From the IMG/VR virus record IMGVR_UViG_2740892427_000001: a stretch of DNA of 64,000 nucleotides. One strand, given 5' to 3'. A program made the position numbers and the translations under genes. The notes under the pieces are model-generated. The model searched no databases and was not told where the DNA came from. It saw only the letters and a program-made list of their open reading frames with translations. Below, piece after piece: positions 1-9,473 of this stretch (position 1 is its first letter; each line of letters starts with the position of its first letter). This DNA comes from a virus (Duplodnaviria > Heunggongvirae > Uroviricota > Caudoviricetes).

Positions 1-236
1 TGACTCATTTCGCCAATCATCTGCTCCGGTGTGATACCAAGTTGCTGTGCTTTCAGCATGATCGGCGTACCGTGGGCATCGTCGGCACAGATGAAATTAA
101 CCTCGTGGCCGCGCATTCGCTGGTAACGAACCCAGACATCAGCCTGGATGTGCTCCAGCATATGGCCGAGGTGGATTGAGCCGTTAGCGTACGGCAGCGC
201 GCACGTCACCAGAATTTTCTTCGCGACTTGGGTCAT
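1..236 (-). CDS. metG: methionyl-tRNA synthetase, N-terminal part (gene continues beyond window start)
   Basis: Minus-strand ATG at 236..234; translation reads [60 protein letters not shown], the HIGH-motif N-terminus of MetG; divergent from mrp as in enterobacterial chromosomes. Confidence 0.85.
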
Positions 237-393
237 AGTAGGCATTACTTCTTTGTAGTGAAAAGGGGCTTGATAGTAACAAAATGGCCTTATGTCTGCC
301 ATGTGATAACAGCATTTCTCATAAATGATTAAATGTCGCAGCTGGAGTACACTACAAGGCGACAATTGCGCAAATTAAAATAAAGGAGACGGG

Positions 394-1494
394 ATGAGCG
401 AGTCCAAATCGCCGGATGCCCTGAGAGCAATGGTAGCCGGTACGCTGGCTAATTTTCAGCACCCAACCCTGAAACACAACCTGACTACGCTTAAAGCGTT
501 ACACCATGTTGCGTTGATGGATGACACACTGCATGTCGAACTAATCATGCCTTTCGTGTGGAATAAGCCTTTTGAAGACCTGAAAGAGCAATGTAGTGGT
601 GATCTGCTCCGTATCACTGGCGCAAAGGCTATTGACTGGAAGCTGTCGTACAACATTGCCACGCTTAAGCGCGTCAAAAACCAACCAGGCATTAATGGTG
701 TTAAGAATATTATCGCCGTAAGCTCAGGCAAGGGCGGTGTAGGCAAATCGTCCACAGCAGTAAACTTGGCACTGGCTTTGGCTGCTGAAGGTGCGAAAGT
801 TGGTATTTTGGATGCCGATATCTATGGTCCATCAATTCCAACCATGCTGGGCGCGGAAAACCAACGTCCAACCTCACCGGACGGTACTCACATGGCACCT
901 ATCATGTCTCATGGCCTGGCAACCAACTCTATTGGTTATCTGGTCACCGACGACAATGCAATGGTGTGGCGTGGACCGATGGCCAGCAAGGCGCTGATGC
1001 AGATGTTGCAGGAAACACTGTGGCCTGATCTGGACTATCTCGTTCTCGATATGCCGCCGGGCACTGGTGATATTCAATTGACGCTGGCGCAGAACATTCC
1101 TGTAACTGGTGCGGTTGTGGTAACTACGCCGCAAGACATCGCGCTGATCGATGCGAAGAAAGGCATTGTGATGTTCGAAAAAGTCGAAGTGCCGGTACTA
1201 GGTATCGTCGAAAACATGAGTGTGCATATTTGCAGTAACTGCGGTCATCACGAGCCAATTTTTGGCACCGGTGGCGCACAGAAACTGGCCGAGAAATACA
1301 ACACGCAGTTGTTAGGCCAAATGCCACTTCATATCTCTCTTCGTGAAGATCTGGATAACGGAACACCAACCGTTATTAGTCGTCCAGATAGCGAATTTAC
1401 GGCTATTTATCGTGACCTCGCAGATCGCGTTGCTGCCCAAATGTATTGGCAAGGTGAAGTAATACCTGGCGAAATCGCATTCCGCGCAGTGTGA
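394..1494 (+). CDS. apbC: Fe-S cluster carrier P-loop ATPase Mrp/ApbC
   Basis: 366 aa ORF; deviant Walker A SGKGGVGKS; CxxC near C-terminus; N-terminus close to E. coli Mrp. Confidence 0.9.
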   Translation: MSESKSPDALRAMVAGTLANFQHPTLKHNLTTLKALHHVALMDDTLHVELIMPFVWNKPFEDLKEQCSGDLLRITGAKAIDWKLSYNIATLKRVKNQPGINGVKNIIAVSSGKGGVGKSSTAVNLALALAAEGAKVGILDADIYGPSIPTMLGAENQRPTSPDGTHMAPIMSHGLATNSIGYLVTDDNAMVWRGPMASKALMQMLQETLWPDLDYLVLDMPPGTGDIQLTLAQNIPVTGAVVVTTPQDIALIDAKKGIVMFEKVEVPVLGIVENMSVHICSNCGHHEPIFGTGGAQKLAEKYNTQLLGQMPLHISLREDLDNGTPTVISRPDSEFTAIYRDLADRVAAQMYWQGEVIPGEIAFRAV

Positions 1495-1498
1495 TAAA

Positions 1499-1525
1499 AA
1501 GGTGGTGCAATGCACCACCTAAACA
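1499..1525 (-). terminator. hairpin ggtggtgcaatgcaccacc followed by T-run on the minus strand; terminator for the UmuD'-like gene
   Basis: Perfect 9-bp inverted repeat at 1501..1519; minus strand reads hairpin then TTTTTATC. Confidence 0.45.
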
Positions 1526-1531
1526 GTTCTC

Positions 1532-1921
1532 CTACATCACAGGACAATCATCAAACTCGCCACTTCTTGCGTCGTTGATAATGTGAGTGATCACACCAAA
1601 CACGGCATTGCTGCCCGTGCATCCATCATCATCCTTTGGCAATGCTTCCTTCTTACCAGTTCTTAAATCCTCCAGATGCTGACGTGGATACTTCCGGTAT
1701 CTTTTTACGCGATATTCCCCATCCAGAGCACATACAAGAAGAGATCCATCAACAGGAGTCAGTGAGGAATCGACCACCAGCAATGCACCCTGCAATATTC
1801 CCTCACGATGATGACTATCAGCCGCCCTCATGAAGTAGGTCGCTGAAGGATGTCTAATTATCTGCTGATCAAGAGAAATACGGCTCTCAGCATAATCCGC
1901 CGCAGGAGAAGGGAAGCCCAT
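1532..1921 (-). CDS. UmuD'/HumD-like SOS mutagenesis protein (S24 peptidase fold), naturally lacking the UmuD N-terminal arm
   Basis: MGFPSPAADY...SATYF..DS..VKR closely parallels UmuD/MucA from the RecA-mediated cleavage site onward; in-frame stop two codons upstream of the ATG, so no longer N-terminus is possible. Confidence 0.75.
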   Translation of the reverse strand: MGFPSPAADYAESRISLDQQIIRHPSATYFMRAADSHHREGILQGALLVVDSSLTPVDGSLLVCALDGEYRVKRYRKYPRQHLEDLRTGKKEALPKDDDGCTGSNAVFGVITHIINDARSGEFDDCPVM

Positions 1922-1937
1922 AATACTCGCCTCTTAA

Positions 1938-1957
1938 TGCTGTATATGCATACAGTA
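1938..1957. promoter_or_regulatory. LexA (SOS) box tgCTGTatatgcatACAGta upstream of the UmuD'-like gene
   Basis: CTGT-N8-ACAG consensus, 17 bp upstream of the start codon at 1921. Confidence 0.65.
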
Positions 1958-2258
1958 TATGTTGAAGCTATATATTTTTGAACTCTATCTCTTAAAAAAG
2001 ATGTTAATAAGATGCTAACTATTGAAAGGCATAAATATATACAATTCCAACAAACGTTATTTTTAACAAATTTTTACTTCCCATTGACTTTCCCAGACTC
2101 CTTGTCTGAACTAATGTCCGCGGAAACCACTTTTTCCTTTACGAGTTATCCACAAAGTTATGCACTTGCACATAGTCTCTATAAATCCTATCTTAATTCG
2201 CAAGACACTGATGTTGCGGTATTGTGGGTACATTTGGTTAAAAACGGACATTAAAAAA

Positions 2259-2284
2259 GCCCAGTTGACTAGGCTGGGCTTTTT
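2259..2284. terminator. bidirectional intrinsic terminator (gcccagttgactaggctgggc flanked by A-run and T-run)
   Basis: 7-bp stem, A6 upstream, T4 downstream. Confidence 0.5.
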
Positions 2285-2321
2285 AAAAGGAAACAGAGTT
2301 TGCGCCTCTGTTCCTGAGCCA

Positions 2322-2604
2322 TAAGTATCTGGCGACTGAGCTAAGATTAACCGAATGTACTGGATTCATCAAGAAACGTTGAGCCGTCATGCTAGGTAAT
2401 AATGACCATTTACCAAACATCGTTGTTCTCAAAGAAGATTTAAGTCCAGGTTTTTGGTGACTCTAAAACCTTACCTTAACTCGAAATCGTGCCGTAAGTA
2501 TCTGGCGACTACAGATATTGCAACTGCAAAGGCAAGCTCAAAGGTATTTGCAGCTAGGTGCGATAAAACTAAGTGAGGCCTATAGTGCTTAACTTACTTT
2601 TCAA
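2322..2604. repeat. direct repeats in the noncoding junction between chromosome and element: TAAGTATCTGGCGACT (2322..2337 and 2495..2510) and AAATCGTGCCG (2484..2494 and 2594..2604)
   Basis: Exact 16-bp and 11-bp direct repeats in a ~430-bp region with no ORF; ends with hairpin ggccccatccaaatggggcc at ~2683..2702. Confidence 0.45.
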
Positions 2605-2717
2605 AATCGTGCCGCCTATGTTCGCAATCATCGAAGCGATCATTGAGTACGTCAACCAGCGCCCATAATGCTAGTTGTTACCGGCCCCATCCAAATGGGG
2701 CCATTTTATTGTATTGA

Positions 2718-3350
2718 CTACATACTTTCTGATCTAATTGAGTTGTTCACTGCTCTGGCAATTTTCTCCCGCAATTGCTGCGTTCCGTGGTACTGAACCG
2801 CAATATCCCGCAACTCATTCACCAGTTCTCTAATCTGGTGATCTTTAAGCTCATTATTTGGGTGATGGGCAACAACTCTGGTTAATTCACCCTTGTCTTT
2901 TGCTCTTACGTATGCAGCTCTTGTGCATTCGACCCATGTATTACCGCCTACATTAACTTCGTAGATTAGGCTGGACTTATCTGTCAATTCGGAACAAATA
3001 CGGGCCGTGGTCTGGCAACTAGAGCATTCGCAGTTATCGCGGAAACCGTGATCTACCGGTCGAGAAAGAGGTTTAACTTTTTCATCCAACTTCATCACAG
3101 CATCGTGATAAGCGTTCCAGCCGTCATCTTTACCAAGTTGATAAATCTCTGAAGGCTCCATGTAGTCTATATCGCAACCTTCTTCATCTGATCTATCTGG
3201 TCGTTTCCCTGGTAATCGTTCATAAAAACGATTTCTGTCTCGACGTTCGGCTCTCAGTGCTAACGCAAGAAGTTGCTCAAGCGAGGTATTTGCACCAGCA
3301 ATAATTTCATTGAGAATATCTTCTGTGAGATCTTTCGCTACCGTGCTCAT
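2718..3350 (-). CDS. hypothetical protein with Cys cluster (CECSSC)
   Basis: 210 aa ORF, start overlaps upstream gene stop (operon); no confident family assignment. Confidence 0.5.
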   Translation of the reverse strand: MSTVAKDLTEDILNEIIAGANTSLEQLLALALRAERRDRNRFYERLPGKRPDRSDEEGCDIDYMEPSEIYQLGKDDGWNAYHDAVMKLDEKVKPLSRPVDHGFRDNCECSSCQTTARICSELTDKSSLIYEVNVGGNTWVECTRAAYVRAKDKGELTRVVAHHPNNELKDHQIRELVNELRDIAVQYHGTQQLREKIARAVNNSIRSESM

Positions 3351-3730
3351 TTATCTCTCTCAGTATGTTGCGATGGCGTAAATTTGACGACATCAAATAT
3401 TTTGGATGGCATCAACTTTATCCGCGAGCTTAGTTCGGCTCTTCTCTGTAATGCGGTTAATAATGTTTTCGTTCTGACGCCTTCGTGTATCCTCATCCCT
3501 GGCACAAGGACTACATCGCAGGGGAGATGCTCAGGTGACAAATCATTTTGGGCATCACCAATAAGTTGTGTAATCTCTCTTTCAAGCCGACCGCCTAACT
3601 CCGTTTTAGTGCAATGTTCTGACCAATCGCCAGCCTCAAGCAGCGCGAGAATGCTTAAAATATCGTCCAATAGATCAGTGGTATTATCGACTTCCTTCTG
3701 AAACTCACCGGCTACTGATTTATGCATCAT
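3347..3730 (-). CDS. hypothetical protein (possibly MazG-like pyrophosphohydrolase fold)
   Basis: 127 aa ORF, overlapping stop/start with neighbours; weak EAGDW..E motif resemblance only. Confidence 0.45.
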   Translation of the reverse strand: MMHKSVAGEFQKEVDNTTDLLDDILSILALLEAGDWSEHCTKTELGGRLEREITQLIGDAQNDLSPEHLPCDVVLVPGMRIHEGVRTKTLLTALQRRAELSSRIKLMPSKIFDVVKFTPSQHTERDK

Positions 3731-4380
3731 TCGTCATCCTCATCCGAGTCATCCTCATCACAGGATGAGAGTAGTGGGTTAGTCATTCGCCCTACTTGAG
3801 TGGCGTAGCCACGCCGACAGAGATTGCGCAGCACACTGTATATTTCGAACATCTCGGTTCGTTCATCGCCAACATCAAGCTCAGATGCTATAGCGTGGCA
3901 TTCAGTCGCGAGAGCCGATATTTTCTGAAATAACTCTGCATTATTCACTGTTCGACTCCTGCGGCGTTCTGGTAGTGGCATCCAGTGTGTGACATTGCTA
4001 ATCAGACCATATTCATTAGTTTGAGGATGGTTGCCGTTATCGTCTCCGTATTTAAGACTCTCCATAAAGCCATAATGCCTATCACCATTAACGCTCACAA
4101 AGCCGTAATAAGCAGGTATAACGCCGATCTCACACGTAACCAGTAAAGGAAAACTAGTTCTCCAATTTAGCTCGCCAATTACAGGCATTCGCTCACTACA
4201 GCTTATCCAACCATCCTTAGATGCGGCTGTATTGGCATAGGCCTTACGGTGCTTCTGTAGCTCTGCTGCAATCGCTCTCACGACTTCAACTGGTGCCCTT
4301 GCAGCAAACTCAATGTTGGTGATCAGCTCATTAAGATATTTCTCGCTTGGGTAGCATTTCTTATTGGTAAAGGTTGTCAT
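3727..4380 (-). CDS. hypothetical phage protein (DUF551-like), acidic C-terminal tail
   Basis: 217 aa ORF; W..C.ERMP and WMPLPE motifs reminiscent of DUF551; ends in DEDDSDEDDE. Confidence 0.5.
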   Translation of the reverse strand: MTTFTNKKCYPSEKYLNELITNIEFAARAPVEVVRAIAAELQKHRKAYANTAASKDGWISCSERMPVIGELNWRTSFPLLVTCEIGVIPAYYGFVSVNGDRHYGFMESLKYGDDNGNHPQTNEYGLISNVTHWMPLPERRRSRTVNNAELFQKISALATECHAIASELDVGDERTEMFEIYSVLRNLCRRGYATQVGRMTNPLLSSCDEDDSDEDDE

Positions 4381-4568
4381 TAGGCAGCTCTCTCAACAAC
4401 AAGCAATTCGTCGTAGTCATAATCAGTTTCGGAACCATCCGTACCGAACAGAGTCACTTTGTCACCGTCCATCCAGAAAGATTTAACCGCACATTGTTGA
4501 CCTTTAGATGTTATGACCACATCACCAGGTATTACGTCCTCAGCGCGAACTTCTATAGTTCTCATCAT
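4380..4568 (-). CDS. small hypothetical protein (~62 aa)
   Basis: ATGATG start overlapping the stop of the upstream gene (ATGA); the longer ORF in the track (to 4697) runs antisense-frame through the upstream gene. Confidence 0.4.
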   Translation of the reverse strand: MMRTIEVRAEDVIPGDVVITSKGQQCAVKSFWMDGDKVTLFGTDGSETDYDYDELLVVERAA

Positions 4569-4888
4569 GCTGATCCCTCTTTCTCTCCCCGGATAATTCT
4601 GTTGCACACATCCACGCACTCGTCGCAGATGAAAACGGCGTCCCCAGCAATTAACTTTTTGACGGCGTGCTGGGATTTGTTGCAGAAGCTGCAACAAAGT
4701 GTTCGCCTGACTGATAAGGATGGAGCGCCAGATGTCAGCCGCTCCATATCGTTCTTGCGACGCAATATCACACGGCTGAACTCAACCAGTTTCTCCGGGG
4801 ATATATCCTCCTCCGTAGCGAGCGTCTCTAGTCGTTCGAGTATGTTGAAGGCTTTTTCTTGGGTAATAGCAGAGTGCGATGTGGTCAT
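4565..4888 (-). CDS. small protein with C-terminal ClpX-type zinc-binding (ZB) domain
   Basis: C-terminus [38 protein letters not shown] parallels the ClpX N-terminal C4 zinc-binding domain (CSFCGKSQ..ICDECV..CN.II). Confidence 0.55.
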   Translation of the reverse strand: MTTSHSAITQEKAFNILERLETLATEEDISPEKLVEFSRVILRRKNDMERLTSGAPSLSVRRTLCCSFCNKSQHAVKKLIAGDAVFICDECVDVCNRIIRGEKEGSA

Positions 4889-5286
4889 TTTCTTTCACCT
4901 TCAATGTTCGTGGCGCTGGCAAGATTGTCCTTGCGAAGAAGAGCGGCTATGCGCTTACTTCCATCCGAGATAACGCCCTCGTAATACTCACGCTGCTCGT
5001 TGAGTTTTGATTTTGCCAACTCCAGTTGTTTTGTTAGTTCCGCAATACGGCAAACATCGTTGATACGCGTTTCCTCTAATGCGTTGATCTCATCCAGTAG
5101 TGCCAGCACGGTTTCTGGTCCGGCCAGAAATTTGAAGGCGTTGAGGGCATCAATATCAACACCGCTATCTTTAAGTTCCTGTTCGCTTATCAGATCATCA
5201 TCAACTGGCAACATTAACAGGCGTTCCATTGCCGGAATTGCACGCTCTGCCGCCTCACGCAGTGCCTGATAGTCAATCTTGCTCAC
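4885..5286 (-). CDS. Ead/Ea22-like coiled-coil protein
   Basis: [15 protein letters not shown]-terminus typical of lambdoid Ea22-like proteins (from memory). Confidence 0.5.
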   Translation of the reverse strand: MSKIDYQALREAAERAIPAMERLLMLPVDDDLISEQELKDSGVDIDALNAFKFLAGPETVLALLDEINALEETRINDVCRIAELTKQLELAKSKLNEQREYYEGVISDGSKRIAALLRKDNLASATNIEGERK

Positions 5287-5783
5287 TGGATGACTCCTTT
5301 ACGAAGCTGTTCAGCAATACTTACGCATATCTCTGCGCCTCTAATCAGCCCCGGAACGTTCTTGTTTGGCCCAACTTCACCATCAACAAAATCAATCATC
5401 GCGTTACGAGCCATATCCACGCCCTGCGCACGTACTTCAGCCAGAAAAGCATCGGTGGCTGGAGTCTCCGTTAATTCGCTAACCCAATTATCTCCGTGTT
5501 CCTCGGCACACATCGTATCGAATGCTCGCTCAGATTCTTTCAGGGCTGCATTCTCCGCCGCTAATGCGTCTCTTTGCGCCCGCAACTTCTCAATTTCGGC
5601 AGCCATGTAGTAACCAACCATAGCGAAGACGGCAAAAGAGTTGTCTGCCTCATCAGGCGACACTGAGGCCATTAGCAGGCCATCGTAAAAATCGTGACTC
5701 CCATTGGTGATCGCCACCGCATAGGAGTCGTGGTTCTCGCGCTTGTGAATGAGAACTACGGGATTTTCGATTTTGTTACTCAT
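5283..5783 (-). CDS. hypothetical protein
   Basis: 166 aa ORF with conserved GGAAAAACACATG-type start context. Confidence 0.5.
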   Translation of the reverse strand: MSNKIENPVVLIHKRENHDSYAVAITNGSHDFYDGLLMASVSPDEADNSFAVFAMVGYYMAAEIEKLRAQRDALAAENAALKESERAFDTMCAEEHGDNWVSELTETPATDAFLAEVRAQGVDMARNAMIDFVDGEVGPNKNVPGLIRGAEICVSIAEQLRKGVIQ

Positions 5784-5921
5784 GTGTTTTTCTCTTCTTT
5801 GCTGTTACATAAGCACTACCAAGTGCTGGTTTATTTTCACAAATAAGAAAAGGTAGAAAACAATTTATTTAAGGCCACAACTTATGGCCTTTATTTATTC
5901 ATGCCGAAGGATTTGTAGCGT

Positions 5922-6302
5922 CTAATTGCCGGATAAAATGGGGTGAGGTGCTTGCCAGTAGGCTCCACCGGTCCATGTGAACCCCATGCGAATAAGAGTG
6001 TTTATTGCGGCTTTGGTAGACTCCGATTCGACACTGGCTTTTCGAAACTCTTGAACCTCTTTCGCCAACTTGTATGTAATTGTGCAGGGGACGATTGCAG
6101 CCCAGCCTTTCTCATGACTGTTAATGACCATCTGGATGTGACCATCCAGAATAGGTTGATTAGGCATGTTATTGAAAATGTCTGCCTGTTTTTGAATGTG
6201 AAGAAAAAGCCTTGCCAGCTCCATTTGCTCACTACGAGACAAGGGATTATCAAGAGGGCTTTTTGCAAAAGCGGCTATACGCTGTGCGTCAATGCCAAAC
6301 AT
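5922..6302 (-). CDS. hypothetical protein
   Basis: 126 aa ORF, stop overlaps next start. Confidence 0.45.
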   Translation of the reverse strand: MFGIDAQRIAAFAKSPLDNPLSRSEQMELARLFLHIQKQADIFNNMPNQPILDGHIQMVINSHEKGWAAIVPCTITYKLAKEVQEFRKASVESESTKAAINTLIRMGFTWTGGAYWQAPHPILSGN

Positions 6303-7006
6303 CAGCGCACCTCACCATCTTTATGGCTGGAGTTAACTTCCGCCATTAAATGTCTGACGTAATCGACAAGAGAGCCACCTGGTGGAATCTGGCATTCCTC
6401 AACTAACTGGAAGTAGATATCCGCTGCATTACGTGTATTGCTACCCGCACATATTCTTTCTTCCCGAAGTGCATGAAGCTCGTTGATCAAACGGTCACAC
6501 TCTCCGTTACGCTGATCCACAACGGCCTCAAGCTCTGCGACGCGTTCACCTGGCGTCTTACCTTCTTTGCGTTGGATGGTAACGACGAAATCGCCAATTG
6601 CAGGGACGTTGTAATCCAGCTCAAGGTAGTTTTTGGCACCGCTGCGGACGAACTCACCCGCGAACATGGTGGCGAACATCGCAGAGGCCACTTCGTCGTT
6701 GAAAAGTGACTCCAGATCTAACGGAGTCCCGGCAGCAAGAGCCTCTTTTGCTGTATCCATTGCATCCATGAACCGATCAAACTCACTAGCGCGCTTTTCC
6801 AGGTCTTTCCATTGCTCGCTCCAACGTTTGGCAACGAAGTCTATGAATGTTTTCGCGGATTCATCAAAATCCCCCTCAAACTTAACGATGCCTTTATCAA
6901 TAATGATCTGGCCTACCGCATCCTCTGCATAACCTTTCAATGTAAACTTGAAAGGAAAATCAGAATGGCCTGTGACGTTAAAATGCTCTAACTGGAGGTT
7001 GTTCAT
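6302..7006 (-). CDS. hypothetical protein
   Basis: 234 aa ORF with conserved start context catgtgtttttc. Confidence 0.5.
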   Translation of the reverse strand: MNNLQLEHFNVTGHSDFPFKFTLKGYAEDAVGQIIIDKGIVKFEGDFDESAKTFIDFVAKRWSEQWKDLEKRASEFDRFMDAMDTAKEALAAGTPLDLESLFNDEVASAMFATMFAGEFVRSGAKNYLELDYNVPAIGDFVVTIQRKEGKTPGERVAELEAVVDQRNGECDRLINELHALREERICAGSNTRNAADIYFQLVEECQIPPGGSLVDYVRHLMAEVNSSHKDGEVR

Positions 7007-7067
7007 GTGTTTTTCTCTTATCGTTTAGTTATTACATTCTTACACAAATTAAGTAAGTATTTACCTA

Positions 7068-8753
7068 TCATTTAACGCGTTTGAAAACGTATACGCTGAC
7101 TGTGATCCCTGTGTCTTCAAACTCGTTGGTAAACGACTTCCCTCTGGCATAAACGTAATTATCCATCGTCATCCAGTCCAGTATTGGCGCAGTGCCCGGC
7201 AATACTGCTACAAGACGCCCGCCGACTTTCAGATGCCCCAGCGCAGCCAGCGTGTGCTCTCTATGACGACCAAGCGAGTACGGCGGGTTCATAACGATTT
7301 TGTCGAACTGATAACCTACGTTGTCCTCAGACCACTTTATGAAGTCGCAGCAAATCGTGTTCGTATACCCTTTTCCGCGCAGGATATCAGCGAAGAGAGG
7401 TGCGATTTCTATGCAGGTAACATCTTCCAGATCGGCGTTAATATAGGCCAGAAGATCCCCACGTCCGGCTTGAGGCTCCAACAACTTCTCACCAGGCTTC
7501 AATTCAGTGGCTCTGGCAACGTACTCAGCAATCAAGCGTGGGGTAGGGTAGAACTGGTGTGATTTTGTATCCGGTATTAAACCGGTAGCCACAATCGTAT
7601 TTAGCGTATGGCCGATCTCATACGGGAACTGCCAGTGCTTTTTCTCCTGCACGCCGCCAATGAAGCTCAGTGTGCGCTCAAGCTCTTCCACCTGCGACTT
7701 CTGGAGAGCTGAATCAGAGAAGTACCATACGCCTTTGTCTTTGCTAAATCGCCCGTCACGAAGCGCAGTGCGAACCGGCACGGAGATCGTCTTCTGGATT
7801 AACCCGAACTGCTTTGGTGCCCGTGTTTTTGGCGCAGTTCGGCATGGCGCGGGAATTGCAGCAGGCATACTGTAAGCCAGCACCTCATTCAACTTCCAGG
7901 CCACGTCAGGATGTATTTCAAAGTGAACGTTGCCGTTCTTGAACATCTTCACGCGCATCAGATTTCCATCGACGTTCATCCAGTCACCGGTCTGGCAGTC
8001 GTTTGCCCGATACGCAGCTGATAGCACCTCAGCAGTGCGGTTGATGGTAATAAATTCTTTGTGCGCGAAGAAATGAAGCAAGACACGCAGATCGTCGATA
8101 TAGTCCTCTTTGCGATAGTTCACACTAACGCTGTCCCGCCAGAAATCAGAAATGCAGTCAGCGATTATCAGACGTTCGCTGAAACCGTTTGTCTTATTTG
8201 TCTTGTGCGCAGGACTCAGCGCCTTAAACAAGCCATACACGCGCTCAGAGAGATATTTGTGCCTGTCATTCAGCAAATTAAGCATCGTGGGTATGACCGT
8301 TTCTGCTTTGAACTCCGGTACACCAACGAACTCTTTAACCTTCATCTGGTAGCCGGTTCTGTCAGTTTTGATGACTTCCTGTTTGCCCTCTATAAACTGC
8401 TCGCGCCACTCATCTCGACGGGAAGCTGGCATGATCAGCAAAACGTTAGTCATGTCCGTGACCTTCCTCCAGTACTCGGCCCAAATATTCTGTTTCACCC
8501 ATTCCAGATCGACTTTATCCAACCAACCTCGATTTAAACGCGAGCGATCTTCATCTGGTCGATGGTTTAGTCTCAGCAGGCGATTAATCATGTTGTGGCG
8601 TTCGTCGCCATAAACGAAGTCGTGTACCTGATACATGAAGGCGATCTCTTTCTCGCACTCGGCCACAATTTCGTGGATGACGTTCATTTCCTGCCGATAG
8701 TCGATAGCAGTGTTTGAGTTGGCATCGTCGATGATGGAAAGGGCTGTATTCAT
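7068..8753 (-). CDS. DNA N6-adenine methyltransferase fused to a large uncharacterized N-terminal domain
   Basis: C-terminal third carries FYPTP, EPQAGRGDL (AdoMet-binding) and NPPY motifs; N-terminal ~380 aa unassigned. Confidence 0.65.
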   Translation of the reverse strand: MNTALSIIDDANSNTAIDYRQEMNVIHEIVAECEKEIAFMYQVHDFVYGDERHNMINRLLRLNHRPDEDRSRLNRGWLDKVDLEWVKQNIWAEYWRKVTDMTNVLLIMPASRRDEWREQFIEGKQEVIKTDRTGYQMKVKEFVGVPEFKAETVIPTMLNLLNDRHKYLSERVYGLFKALSPAHKTNKTNGFSERLIIADCISDFWRDSVSVNYRKEDYIDDLRVLLHFFAHKEFITINRTAEVLSAAYRANDCQTGDWMNVDGNLMRVKMFKNGNVHFEIHPDVAWKLNEVLAYSMPAAIPAPCRTAPKTRAPKQFGLIQKTISVPVRTALRDGRFSKDKGVWYFSDSALQKSQVEELERTLSFIGGVQEKKHWQFPYEIGHTLNTIVATGLIPDTKSHQFYPTPRLIAEYVARATELKPGEKLLEPQAGRGDLLAYINADLEDVTCIEIAPLFADILRGKGYTNTICCDFIKWSEDNVGYQFDKIVMNPPYSLGRHREHTLAALGHLKVGGRLVAVLPGTAPILDWMTMDNYVYARGKSFTNEFEDTGITVSVYVFKRVK

Positions 8754-8856
8754 AATTGCACCATTAAGAAGTGATTTGTTTAATGGTGCAATTATTTCAA
8801 AAATGAAAAGGTACTAAATAGAAATAAACAGGCAATCCTTCAAATAAAGGCATTGG

Positions 8857-9471
8857 CTAATCATACTTGGAGGTATTTATCACCAGAATTTTGTTTGTAT
8901 AAATCTTCTTAATATCCCATGTGACATTACCGGAATACCATTGACCGTTATATACTTGGTTTCCAGTTGCACCTGTCATTGTTACATAGACAGGTCTGTC
9001 GTAATCGGTTCGTCTATAGTTATATACCCCAACCATAGCAGGCATTACCGCACATGGATACCCCATATCTATTGTAAATTGAGGGTCAGAAATAGTGATA
9101 AGTTTCGCATCAAGGGGCATCATCTCACCGTGATACACCATTGCGCCTGCGCTGTTATACATGGCAATGCCATAGCCAGAATGTGGTAACACCATATCAG
9201 AAAAAGCATAAACTATTATTGTTCCGGGGCTACCATTTACCTGATGCAATCTGAGAGCATTGTATCCGTTACTATGCTCATGAATAAACATCATGTTCGC
9301 CTTATTACTGCTTTTTATGAAGAAAAAGCATGATTTGTTTGATGGGATTGATGTTTGAAAAACAGAACCTTTAGATGCAGACATTGTCCCTTTATTAATC
9401 AGATTTTGCGGAGTAAATTCTGGACTCATCCACAAACTTCCATCTGATTGAGTAATTGACATCCCGAACAT
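8857..9471 (-). CDS. hypothetical Tyr/Gly/Asn-rich protein in AT-rich island
   Basis: ORF in track extends to 9528; ATG at 9471 lies 2 nt after the stop of the upstream gene (TAATTATG), so two tandem genes rather than a frameshift. Confidence 0.4.
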   Translation of the reverse strand: MFGMSITQSDGSLWMSPEFTPQNLINKGTMSASKGSVFQTSIPSNKSCFFFIKSSNKANMMFIHEHSNGYNALRLHQVNGSPGTIIVYAFSDMVLPHSGYGIAMYNSAGAMVYHGEMMPLDAKLITISDPQFTIDMGYPCAVMPAMVGVYNYRRTDYDRPVYVTMTGATGNQVYNGQWYSGNVTWDIKKIYTNKILVINTSKYD

Positions 9472-9473
9472 AA

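Noticed and set aside
456-1518. Several 60-100 aa ORFs on the minus strand inside mrp
   Set aside because: They lie antisense within a well-supported conserved gene and have no start context; treated as spurious.
2012-2254. 80-aa plus-strand ORF in the AT-rich spacer after the UmuD'-like gene
   Set aside because: Very AT-rich, low-complexity, no RBS; more likely promoter/terminator spacer than a gene.
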